DNA of 64,000 nucleotides, from contig CAXXOS010000001.1 of the NCBI GenBank assembly GCA_963676155.2, positions 509,984 through 573,983 on the forward strand, written 5' to 3'. The notes beneath the pieces were generated by a model, which saw only the letters and a list, made by a program, of their open reading frames with translations, had not been told where the DNA came from and did no database searches. This document shows positions 7,544-16,041 of this stretch, piece by piece. This DNA is from Anaerolineales bacterium. Lineage in GTDB: Bacteria > Chloroflexota > Anaerolineae > Anaerolineales > UBA11579. The stretch's first letter is position 1. Every line of letters begins with the position of its first letter. Both the position numbers and the translations under genes were made by a program.

Positions 7544-8170
7544 TTAGTCTGTGCGCTCTTCTTGCCAAACGTTGCCGCGGTTGTGGTAGCCTGCTTCTTC
7601 CCAGAAGCCGGGTTTGTCTAGGGAGGTGAATTCGAGGGCACGGATCCATTTGGCACCTTTCCAGAAGTAGGTGACTTGGATGTCTTGGCGACCGACGATG
7701 TTGCCGATGATGCCGCGGAGGGGGTAGCCGTGATCGGGGTCGAGAGGCTTGCCGTCGAAGTGGGTGGCGAGGAGGAAGTTGTCGGCAAGGGTGACATCGA
7801 GGGGGAGGTTGGTGGAGTATTCGTATTCAGCGTGTTGGATGACGAAATTGGCGCTGGGTTTGGGAGTGATGATGCCTTGGCGAACGAGTTCTCCGACGGA
7901 GACACCTTCCCAGAGAGTATCGAATTTGGACCAGCGAGTGACGCAATGGATATCCATTTTGAGCTGGGTTTTGGGGAGTTGGTTGAATTCTTGCCAAGTC
8001 CAAGTTTTTTCTTGCTCTACGTCGCCAAAGACGCGGAAGGTCCAGGTGTCGAGATTGGTTTCGGGAATGGGGCCGTAGTGGAGGACGGGGAATTTGACGG
8101 TGGCGGCCTGACCGGGAGGGAGGCGGTGTTCGGATTTCATTTGTTTTTCAAGTTCGCGGCGGGAGGTCAT
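7544..8170 (-). CDS. molybdopterin-dependent oxidoreductase (sulfite oxidase / YedY-like catalytic domain)
   Basis: LPPGQ...DIHCVTRWSKFDTLWEGVSV...GYPLRGI pattern of the oxidoreductase molybdopterin-binding domain. Confidence 0.8.
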   Translation of the reverse strand: MTSRRELEKQMKSEHRLPPGQAATVKFPVLHYGPIPETNLDTWTFRVFGDVEQEKTWTWQEFNQLPKTQLKMDIHCVTRWSKFDTLWEGVSVGELVRQGIITPKPSANFVIQHAEYEYSTNLPLDVTLADNFLLATHFDGKPLDPDHGYPLRGIIGNIVGRQDIQVTYFWKGAKWIRALEFTSLDKPGFWEEAGYHNRGNVWQEERTD

Positions 8171-8183
8171 AGGAAATTCCTTT

Positions 8184-8897
8184 CTATTTTAATTTGATAG
8201 AATCCCCGGGAGCAAGAAAATTTACATTAGAATTTGTGGTGGATTCGATTTGGGCTTGCCAGCTTTGGAGGGCCTGTTGGGCTTGAGCGATGAGGGGCCA
8301 GGTGTTGTAGTGAATGGGGACGATGTTTTTGGGTTGGATGAGCTGAGTGGCTGTGAGGGCATCTGTGGGGCCCATGGTGTAGCGATCGCCAATGGGGAAG
8401 AAGGCATAGTCGATGGGGGGATTGGCGAGGAATTGCATTTCGGCGTAGAGGCCGGTGTCTCCGGCGAAGTAGAGGGTGGATGAGGGAGTGGTGAGGAGGA
8501 AGCCTCCGGCAAGACCGCCGTAGGAGCCGTCGGGGAGGGCAGAGCCGTGAAGGGCGGGGGTCATTTTGATGCGACCAAAGTCCGTGGGGATGCTGCCACC
8601 GATTTGGATATGTTCAATGAGGGTGTTTTGCGGAAAATTCTTTTGGGAGGAGAGCCATCTGGCAATTTCGGGGACGGCTACGATGATGGGATGCGTGTGT
8701 TGGGCGATTTCTAGGGTGTCGCCAATGTGATCGCTGTGCCCATGCGTGATGAGGATGTAGTCGGCGGGAATAGTGGCGGGGGTGACATCTGAGGGACATT
8801 GGGGATTGTCGGTGAGGAAGGGGTCTATGAGGATGTGTTTGCCTTGGAGGGTGAGATGAAAGGTGGAATGTCCGAGGTATCTAATTTGGTCTGTCAT
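8184..8897 (-). CDS. metal-dependent hydrolase, MBL fold (UPF0173 type)
   Basis: YLGHSTFHL...ILIDPFL...ITHGHSDHIGD motif set. Confidence 0.85.
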   Translation of the reverse strand: MTDQIRYLGHSTFHLTLQGKHILIDPFLTDNPQCPSDVTPATIPADYILITHGHSDHIGDTLEIAQHTHPIIVAVPEIARWLSSQKNFPQNTLIEHIQIGGSIPTDFGRIKMTPALHGSALPDGSYGGLAGGFLLTTPSSTLYFAGDTGLYAEMQFLANPPIDYAFFPIGDRYTMGPTDALTATQLIQPKNIVPIHYNTWPLIAQAQQALQSWQAQIESTTNSNVNFLAPGDSIKLK

Positions 8898-9340
8898 TTA
8901 CTAACTCCTGAAACTTCTTGTGGATGTTGAATTTGATTTACGATTGTTTTTGCGGGAAAGGTATCTGGCTCGATATGGACTTGGGCGGGTAAGATGATGG
9001 ATTTGAGCGGATTTTTGTAGAAGGCGTCAGATTCTATTTGTAGCGGAGTGGTGCCGATGAATTTGATGTGTTTGAGCCTGTTTTTTCTAAAGGCGGCAAA
9101 TCTAATCATTTCGATGTGGGGTGGAAAGACTATTTTGGATAGTCTGTTGATGCCAAAGGCTCCATTTTCTATCTCAATGAGGTGATGGGGGAGAATGACT
9201 GAGCGGAGCCCTCTCAAAAAAAAGGCAAAACGACCAATATATTTCACTTTTTGTCCGTCAATGAAATCTGGAATTTGAAGATGTTTTTTGTGTCCGAGAT
9301 ATTGAATTATGGTGTTGTTGAAAAATTTATATTCTTCCAT
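8894..9340 (-). CDS. BspA-type leucine-rich-repeat-like protein
   Basis: Repeated FxxCxxLxxIxIP-like units (AFFLRGLRSVILP, AFGINRLSKIVFP, AFRKNRLKHIKF, AFYKNPLKSIILP). It overlaps the downstream gene by 4 nt. Confidence 0.5.
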   Translation of the reverse strand: MEEYKFFNNTIIQYLGHKKHLQIPDFIDGQKVKYIGRFAFFLRGLRSVILPHHLIEIENGAFGINRLSKIVFPPHIEMIRFAAFRKNRLKHIKFIGTTPLQIESDAFYKNPLKSIILPAQVHIEPDTFPAKTIVNQIQHPQEVSGVSK

Positions 9341-9388
9341 ACTTTCCCTTTCTTTTATTATAGAAGATTTTGGGAAGATGAGTTTAAC

Positions 9389-9414
9389 TAAAAAAGAGCC
9401 GATATGCTGGCTCT
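9389..9414 (-). terminator. rho-independent terminator (minus strand)
   Basis: agagcc gatatgct ggctct, with a plus-strand A-run on the left. It lies downstream of the gene ending at 9440. Confidence 0.45.
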
Positions 9415-9439
9415 TTTGTGATGATTGATTTTTGTGCGA

Positions 9440-10069
9440 TTATTTGGTGGGGGCAGCGGTGAAAGTGAGTTGACCGAGATCGTCTTTGAGGGTGAGGAGG
9501 AGCTGGTCTCCGAGGATGGTATAGGAAGCACTATTGAGGAGGGAGTTTTTGTAGAGTGTGTCGAGGGAGTCGTCTCCGCAATAAACTTCTGTGGTGATGC
9601 CGAGGGTGATGGTGAGGGCGTTGTGGTCTGTGAGTTGGTAGGTGCCGGAGACTATATTGCAATCGGCATTGAGACCGAGTTGGTTTTCTTTTGAAAAGTT
9701 GAGGGTGAAGTTTTGGGGAGTGGGAATTTCAAGCTGTTCTCCGGTTTCATTATTTGTATATTGGATCCATTGCCATGCAGTATTTTGGAGGGGATCTTTT
9801 TGAGTGAGTTGTTCGGGGGTGCATTCGTGGCGATAATATGCCCATTCTTCACATTCGTTGCCATTTTCAAAGACACAGTAGCCGGTTTGATCACCGTTAT
9901 CCGAGGTGCGAATGTCTAGGGTGCCGCCTTGTTCTATGCAGTAGGTGGAGGCGGGATTGGCGAGACCGACAGAAGGATGGTCTGGGTTGGCGATTGTGGG
10001 AGTGCAGGCTGAGAGGGCTAGAAGGAGACTCGTGAGACCGATTAAGGATAGTAGGTTATATTTCTTCAT
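9440..10069 (-). CDS. lipoprotein with DUF333 (putative hemolysin-like) and META/HslJ-like domains
   Basis: Lipobox LLLALSAC. DUF333-like NPASTYCIEQGGTL...GYCVFENGNECEEWAYYRHEC. META-like LTLNFSKENQLGLNADCNIVSGTYQL. Confidence 0.7.
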   Translation of the reverse strand: MKKYNLLSLIGLTSLLLALSACTPTIANPDHPSVGLANPASTYCIEQGGTLDIRTSDNGDQTGYCVFENGNECEEWAYYRHECTPEQLTQKDPLQNTAWQWIQYTNNETGEQLEIPTPQNFTLNFSKENQLGLNADCNIVSGTYQLTDHNALTITLGITTEVYCGDDSLDTLYKNSLLNSASYTILGDQLLLTLKDDLGQLTFTAAPTK

Positions 10070-10589
10070 TTTATTATTCTTTCTTTTTGATATGTATTTG
10101 TATCTCTAGAACGTTGGGAAAAGAAAAAAAGTTCCTGAGTGAAAAAGGTTTATGGAGATTTGGAATAAGGGTCTATAACCTTATTAATTAAGTTATACAT
10201 ATATTAATTAATTAAATAGTTTTAATAGTAGGGGGTGTGGATAAGTTGATAAGTAAAGTGGTTGACGATTTGTGGGGAAATTATTGGAAGATACAGGGGG
10301 GAGCGATGATGATAAAGCCTATATAGGGGGATGTGGCGCGGGAAAAGTTTTCAACAGTGAAAGTTTTTTTCTGGGGAGGAAAATGTTAAAACAGATGTTC
10401 TTTTTGGGAAAAAGGGAAAATTGGAACAGATGTTTTAATTCGGGGGATAAGTGAAGGATTTGGGGAAAAGTTCTCCTCTTTTAGACGAGAGTTTTAATGA
10501 AGATATCCCCTAGATATGGGGGAGTTTTCAACTGTTTTGAGGGATTTTTCCCCAGAAATGGAGGTGGTAAGGTGCTTGATTTTGGGTAT

Positions 10590-10616
10590 AAAAAAAGCTT
10601 CCCTTTTGAAGGAAGC
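10590..10616 (-). terminator. rho-independent terminator downstream of tRNA-Leu (minus strand)
   Basis: gcttcc cttttgaa ggaagc, with a plus-strand A7 run on the left that becomes a T7 run on the minus strand. Confidence 0.55.
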
Positions 10617-10632
10617 CTCTGTTATACTAAGG

Positions 10633-10716
10633 TGCCGAAGGTGGGAATCGAACCCACAATCCCTCTCGAGAACGCGAGTTTGAGTCGCGCGCGTCTGCCA
10701 GTTCCGCCACTTCGGC
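10633..10716 (-). tRNA. tRNA-Leu (anticodon CAA)
   Basis: Minus-strand sequence GCCGAAGTGGCGGAACTGGCAGACGCGCGCGACTCAAACTCGCGTTCTCGAGAGGGATTGTGGGTTCGATTCCCACCTTCGGCA. It has a 7-bp acceptor stem, anticodon stem CGCGA/TCGCG with loop CTCAAAC, a long variable arm and a GGTTCGATTCC T-loop. CCA is not fully encoded. Confidence 0.9.
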
Positions 10717-10792
10717 AACTTGTGACTCGGAAAAGTATAATCAATTTTAGGCGTTGAGTCAAGGCGATTCACGCTTGTTTAAGAGGTATGAA

Positions 10793-11857
10793 ATGAAATT
10801 AGGTATTATCGGAATGCCCCAATCTGGGAAAACAACTATCTTTAATGCATTGACGGGGGGCAATCGACCGACAAATATGAGCGGGGGACGGATTGAAGTG
10901 ACGACGGCTGTGGTGGATGTGCCGGATCCAAGATTAGACAAGTTGGTGGAGATTTATCAGCCGAAGAAGGTGTCTCCGGCGAAAGTGACTTATGCGGACA
11001 TTGCTGGGATGGATGGTAGCTCTTCTTCTACGGGGATTTCTGGGGAATTGTTGAACAATTTGCAGAAGATGGACGGTTTTTTGTTGGTGGTGCGTTGCTT
11101 TGAAGACCCAAATGTGCCACATCCGAAAGAAACTGTGAATGCGCAACGGGACATTGACTCAATGCTTTCTGAATTGTGGATTAATGATTTGATTGCGGTG
11201 GAGCGTAAGTTGGAGAAGTTGCAACAAGACCGCAAAAAGGGTGGGCGAGATATTGCACGAATTGAGAAGGAGCAGGGGATCTTCCAAAAATTGCATGACC
11301 ATCTTTCTGAAGAAAAACATTTGAAGACTTTAGATACGTTGGCGAAGGAAGATTGGAAAGATTTGACTGGCTATGCTTTTTTGACTTTGAAGCCAATTTT
11401 GGTGGTGTTGAATTGTGGTGAAGGACAAGATGCACCCGAGGTGACGGCACCGAATTGTGATGTGGTTTCTTTGCAGGGGAAATTGGAGATGGACATTGCC
11501 CAATTGGATGGCGAAGAAGCAGAGATGTTTTTGGCTGAATATGGAATTGAAGAGCCGAGTTTGAACAAGATGATTCGCTTGTCTTATGATTTGATGGGGT
11601 TGCAAAGCTTTTTCACGGTGGGCGAAGATGATTGCCATGCGTGGACTGTGGCACGCGGGGTGAAGGCTCCGGCAGCTGCGGGGGTGATTCATTCTGATTT
11701 GGAGAAGGGATTTATTCGCGCGGAAATTTTGAGCTACGAAGACCATATTCAATATGGTACGTTTGCGAAGGCGCGTGAAGCAGGTGTGCTGCGCATTGAA
11801 GGTAAGGAATATGTGGTGCAGGATGGCGAAATCATGCACGTGCGTTTTAATGTATAA
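10793..11857 (+). CDS. ychF: redox-regulated ATPase YchF
   Basis: MKLGIIGMPQSGKTTIFNALTGG P-loop and the C-terminal ...VVQDGEIMHVRFNV. I prefer the ATG at 10793, with AAGAGG 6 nt upstream, over the TTG at 10754. Confidence 0.9.
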   Translation: MKLGIIGMPQSGKTTIFNALTGGNRPTNMSGGRIEVTTAVVDVPDPRLDKLVEIYQPKKVSPAKVTYADIAGMDGSSSSTGISGELLNNLQKMDGFLLVVRCFEDPNVPHPKETVNAQRDIDSMLSELWINDLIAVERKLEKLQQDRKKGGRDIARIEKEQGIFQKLHDHLSEEKHLKTLDTLAKEDWKDLTGYAFLTLKPILVVLNCGEGQDAPEVTAPNCDVVSLQGKLEMDIAQLDGEEAEMFLAEYGIEEPSLNKMIRLSYDLMGLQSFFTVGEDDCHAWTVARGVKAPAAAGVIHSDLEKGFIRAEILSYEDHIQYGTFAKAREAGVLRIEGKEYVVQDGEIMHVRFNV

Positions 11858-11874
11858 GGTGTTTTAGGAGTACT

Positions 11875-13644
11875 ATGATGAGTCAAAAATATGAATTAGG
11901 GGCATGGGATCTGAAAGATCTTTATCCCGGATTAAAAACAAAAGAGATGGACGATGCGTTTGCGGAGATGACCCAGCTGGTGGAAGAACTGGAAGGGTAT
12001 CGGGCAAAGTTGAGCGACGATGTGGCTTGGGAGACGGTGAAGACTTATTTGGATGTCTCTGAAAAGTTGAATCGCTTGGTGTATCGTATTTATCAATATG
12101 CAAGTTTGCGCTTCTCTGAAGATTCACAAAATCAGGAAGTTTCTGCTTTCCAAGGGAAGGTGATGCAAGCGGTGGCACAGATGGAAAACCGTTTGTTGTT
12201 CTTTGGGCTGTGGTGGAAGGCTTTGGATGACGCAAATGCTGATCGTTTGTTGGCATTAAGTGGAGAATATGCGTATTATTTGCGCAAGATTCGCAGCTTT
12301 AAGCCGTATACGTTGAGCGAAAAAGAAGAGCAGGTGATTAACACCAAGAATGTGACCGGTGTGAATGCGTTGCAACAAATTTATTCGATGATTACGAGCA
12401 AGTATGAGTTCCCGTTGATGGTGGATGGCGAAGAAAAGCTGTTGACCCGTGGTGAATTGATGACTTATGTGACGGGAAGTGACGAAGAGTTGCGTAAGGC
12501 AGCTTATGATGCGCTCTATGATGTGTTCAGTGCAGATGGAACCGTGTTGGGTGAAATCTATCAGAACATTGTGCGGGATTGGAAGAATGAAAATTTGGAG
12601 ATGCGTGGGTTTGACACGGCGTTGAGCGCACGGAATTTGTCCAATGATATTCCGGATGAAGTGGTGGATGTGCTTTTGGAAGCTGCTCAGGAAAATGTGG
12701 ATGTGTTCCAACGATTTTTTGCTTTGAAGGCGAAGTTGCTGGGTGTGGAGAAGTTGCGTCGTTATGACCTTTATGCACCGGTGACGAAGGCTGATAAGAA
12801 GTATGATTTTGATTTTGCGGTGAATTTGACTTTGGATGCTTATGCAGATTTTGATGCAGAGGTGGCCGGGTTGGCGAAACGTATTTTTGAGAAGGATCAT
12901 TTGCACAGTGCGATTCAGAAGGGGAAGGACACGGGGGCGTTTTGCTCTTATGGCGACCCGGCGTTGACGCCTTATGTGTTGGTGAATTTCAATGGGAATG
13001 CGCGCGATGTGTCTACGTTGGCACATGAGCTGGGGCATGCGATTCATGGGATGTTGGCGGAAGAACATAATGTGTTCAATTATTCTTCTACGTTGCCTTT
13101 GGCAGAGACGGCCTCCACTTTTGGGGAGATGTTGTTGACGGATCGCTTCTTGGCGGTGGAAAAGGACGAAGATGTGCGCCGAGACTTGTTGTTTACGCAG
13201 GTGGATGATGCTTATGCAACGATTCAACGTCAGGCGTTTTTCGCTTTGTTTGAGAAACAAGCACATGCGATGATTGCGGATGGGGCTTCTACGCAGGAGT
13301 TGTGTGAGGCTTATTTGGAGAATTTGAAGACCCAGTTTGGGGATACGATGGATGTGAGTGAGAACTTCCAATGGGAGTGGGTGTGTATTCCGCATATTTA
13401 TCATGTGCCGTTTTATGTGTATGCTTATGCTTTTGGCCAGTTGTTGGTGTTTGCGTTGTATCAGGCTTATAAGGAAGAGGGCGAGAGTTTTATTCCGAAG
13501 TATAAGGCTTTGTTGAGCGCGGGCGGGTCTAAGGAGCCGGTGGTGCTTTTGGAAGAGGCTGGCTTTGATGTGACGAAGAAGAGCTTCTGGCAAGGTGGGT
13601 TTGATTTTATCGCTGGGATGGTGGATGAATTGGAACGTTTATAA
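11875..13644 (+). CDS. pepF: oligoendopeptidase F family (M3B) metallopeptidase
   Basis: HELGHAIH zinc motif, ~590 aa, AGGAG RBS. Confidence 0.9.
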   Translation: MMSQKYELGAWDLKDLYPGLKTKEMDDAFAEMTQLVEELEGYRAKLSDDVAWETVKTYLDVSEKLNRLVYRIYQYASLRFSEDSQNQEVSAFQGKVMQAVAQMENRLLFFGLWWKALDDANADRLLALSGEYAYYLRKIRSFKPYTLSEKEEQVINTKNVTGVNALQQIYSMITSKYEFPLMVDGEEKLLTRGELMTYVTGSDEELRKAAYDALYDVFSADGTVLGEIYQNIVRDWKNENLEMRGFDTALSARNLSNDIPDEVVDVLLEAAQENVDVFQRFFALKAKLLGVEKLRRYDLYAPVTKADKKYDFDFAVNLTLDAYADFDAEVAGLAKRIFEKDHLHSAIQKGKDTGAFCSYGDPALTPYVLVNFNGNARDVSTLAHELGHAIHGMLAEEHNVFNYSSTLPLAETASTFGEMLLTDRFLAVEKDEDVRRDLLFTQVDDAYATIQRQAFFALFEKQAHAMIADGASTQELCEAYLENLKTQFGDTMDVSENFQWEWVCIPHIYHVPFYVYAYAFGQLLVFALYQAYKEEGESFIPKYKALLSAGGSKEPVVLLEEAGFDVTKKSFWQGGFDFIAGMVDELERL

Positions 13645-13677
13645 AGCGCTTGCTCTTTATAACAGATTAGATATTGA

Positions 13678-13709
13678 ACACCCTACTCATTTGAGTAGGG
13701 TGTTTTTTT
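13678..13709 (+). terminator. rho-independent terminator of pepF
   Basis: acaccctactc attt gagtagggtgt forms an 11-bp perfect stem, followed by T7. Confidence 0.8.
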
Positions 13710-13741
13710 ATGCTATGATGTGTTTTTAGTGGAGGAATTTT

Positions 13742-15478
13742 ATGAATAAGTATATAGAAATGATAATTTCTGGTAAATTCTCAAGTAATCAAAATAAAAT
13801 AGAATTTCAATTTCTTTTAGATAATCCCGGAAAAATTAATAGTAATGATTGTGATGATATTGTCAATTATTTTTTTTCTGAGACTTATATTAATTCTGAT
13901 TTCATAAGATTAGATAACTGGGGAAGAGTTTTATATTTTTTTCCTGATTTTTTAAAGTATTTAGATAAAATTCTTGATTATTCATTAATAAATTTTGATA
14001 CAGATTTACAAAGAATTATTTCATATTTTATTTATAGCTTATTTATTTCCTTGAATTCAGATTACTATAAAAATAATAAATATAATCAAAAACATATAAA
14101 TGAATTTGAAAAGGTTTTTGGTCACAGAGAGTTTTTCTCTGGGGGAAAAATATATGAAAAAAATATCGAATTTTCTATTAATTTTCTTGATAATTTAAAC
14201 GATGAAATAATCGAAAATATACAATTTAATAATATCATTTTAAATTGTTTAGATTTTTTATATAAAGATAATGATATTCAAATATATATTAATTATTTAA
14301 TAAAAAAATTATGTGTATTAAACGAGACTATTATTAAATATGATAAAGAGATTGCAACTAATTGTGACACTTATTTTAATTATGTTTTAGATACTCTTTT
14401 TACTGAAAATCATTATATTTTATTATATTTATATAAATTAAAATTAGTAAATAGAAAACAAGAAAGGCAAATCGAAAAAAAAATATATTTAAAAATAAAA
14501 GAAATAGAAAATTTAAAAACACAACAATTAAAAATTCATAAAATTGAAGAAATAATTAATGTAATAAAAATCCTAATAAACATAAATTTCACGTCAAAAA
14601 TTTTGAGAAATAATTTAAAAAAAATAAAAGATTATTTATTGAAATTAAAAAGAAAGATAGTTAGAAATTTTGATTATTCAGAATTAAAAGAAATTCCATT
14701 CAAATGTGAAATTTCTGGAGATCAAATGAGAAATTATTTTCAAAGAATTGATAATAATTTAATAAGATTTATATTTGAAAATGGTTTTATTAATTTTAAT
14801 AATTTAATTGAAGATAGTATAAAACATGTAACAGAAGAAGCTTTGACTGAACTTTTAATTCAGAAATATGCTATTGATGATGTTATAGGGCTAACAAGAA
14901 GTTATAATTTTATAAATGAAAATGACTACATAAGCCAATATTATTCAAATGAAATTGAAAATTATATAAAACAACATGAAGATGAATTAATTAACAAAGG
15001 GCATTTAAAAAAAGAAGATTATTACAAATACTTGTTAGATACAGCAAGATTTAATTACAATTTTATTTATTCTAAAATTTATACAATTATAAAAACCCAT
15101 CTACAAGATCAAACAGAAGATAAAATTTTGAGTAATTTTGTTGGATTAACGATAAATGGTAATCATGAAATTTTGATATTAGCTTTAATTCAACAAATTG
15201 AAGCTAATATTTTACATTTATCTAATTTTATTTTTAATTGTAAAGAAAATCAATATAATGATTTTATGATTTTAAATCTTTTTAAGATTTATGTTGAAAG
15301 ATCAAATTTATTAAATGCAAATTATTTAATGAATGTAAAATTTATTGTATATGATGTTTTTGGAATGAGAATTAGGAATGAATATTCACATGGAAATTAT
15401 TATAGCAGTTATAAAAATTATATTAACTTGCTTGGTATTATTTCAGCTTGGTATATGTCTAATTTATTATTACAATAA
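13742..15478 (+). CDS. large alpha-helical hypothetical protein with a C-terminal HEPN-type Rx4H motif (DUF4209-like architecture)
   Basis: 578-aa uninterrupted ORF in very AT-rich DNA with a GGAGG RBS at 13730. Near the C-terminus, FGMRIRNEYSHGNYY gives R-N-x3-H-G about 35 aa before the stop, as in DUF4209/HEPN proteins. Confidence 0.6.
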   Translation: MNKYIEMIISGKFSSNQNKIEFQFLLDNPGKINSNDCDDIVNYFFSETYINSDFIRLDNWGRVLYFFPDFLKYLDKILDYSLINFDTDLQRIISYFIYSLFISLNSDYYKNNKYNQKHINEFEKVFGHREFFSGGKIYEKNIEFSINFLDNLNDEIIENIQFNNIILNCLDFLYKDNDIQIYINYLIKKLCVLNETIIKYDKEIATNCDTYFNYVLDTLFTENHYILLYLYKLKLVNRKQERQIEKKIYLKIKEIENLKTQQLKIHKIEEIINVIKILININFTSKILRNNLKKIKDYLLKLKRKIVRNFDYSELKEIPFKCEISGDQMRNYFQRIDNNLIRFIFENGFINFNNLIEDSIKHVTEEALTELLIQKYAIDDVIGLTRSYNFINENDYISQYYSNEIENYIKQHEDELINKGHLKKEDYYKYLLDTARFNYNFIYSKIYTIIKTHLQDQTEDKILSNFVGLTINGNHEILILALIQQIEANILHLSNFIFNCKENQYNDFMILNLFKIYVERSNLLNANYLMNVKFIVYDVFGMRIRNEYSHGNYYSSYKNYINLLGIISAWYMSNLLLQ

Positions 15479-15968
15479 CAGGTTATATAACCTGATTGAT
15501 AAAATAAATTTATTTGAACAAACAAATCATATTTTTGGTTATATTGACTACGATTTAATTTTTTATGAAAGCCATAATTGGATATTTCTTTTATATTATC
15601 ATCCGATGATAGAACGAATGGTTAGAATAATTCTTGATGAAGCAGGTGAATTTAATATTGAATTTTTAGAAAGAGAAACTTTTAAAACTTTAAATTCAAT
15701 GCTTGATAATAACAATGAAAAAAAACTTAAAAAAATTTTTGGAAGAGATTTGATTAACTATTTATATGAAGTATTTAAAGCAAATGGAAATAGAAATAAA
15801 ATTTTACATTATGATGAAAAGACAATTATTTATAAAAAAGATATTGATTTAGCAAGAAAAAATTTTATAAAATTAATAAAAATATATTTTTATAAAGTTA
15901 TAAATAAGAAAAAAATCCCCAGCTTTTTTATTTTGAAAATGTATTTTTTGAAAAAAATTCTTAGATAA
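15378..15968 (+). CDS. small hypothetical protein with a second HEPN-type Rx4H motif (start uncertain: 15378, 15390, 15432 or 15606)
   Basis: ORF in another frame overlapping the last 100 nt of the upstream gene. Motif ANGNRNKILHYDEK (R-N-x3-H). The conservative start is the ATG at 15606 (120 aa). Confidence 0.45.
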   Translation: MNIHMEIIIAVIKIILTCLVLFQLGICLIYYYNNRLYNLIDKINLFEQTNHIFGYIDYDLIFYESHNWIFLLYYHPMIERMVRIILDEAGEFNIEFLERETFKTLNSMLDNNNEKKLKKIFGRDLINYLYEVFKANGNRNKILHYDEKTIIYKKDIDLARKNFIKLIKIYFYKVINKKKIPSFFILKMYFLKKILR

Positions 15969-16041
15969 TTTAAAAAATAGCTTGATTTTAGATGACAAAT
16001 CATACATTTATTATACTTAATTAATTTTGTTTACTATAAAA

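Noticed and set aside
10494-10772. 92-aa and 86-aa ORFs overlapping tRNA-Leu on both strands, and the 60-aa ORF at 10272-10454
   Set aside because: They overlap a well-folded tRNA or lie in G-run-rich non-coding DNA. No RBS or motifs were seen.
12256-13593. 445-aa minus-strand ORF antisense to pepF
   Set aside because: It has a His/Arg/Gln/Ile/Leu-rich low-complexity translation and no motifs, and it lies entirely inside a well-supported M3B peptidase gene. Long antisense frames are expected because the A/C-poor sense strand rarely contains TTA/CTA/TCA.
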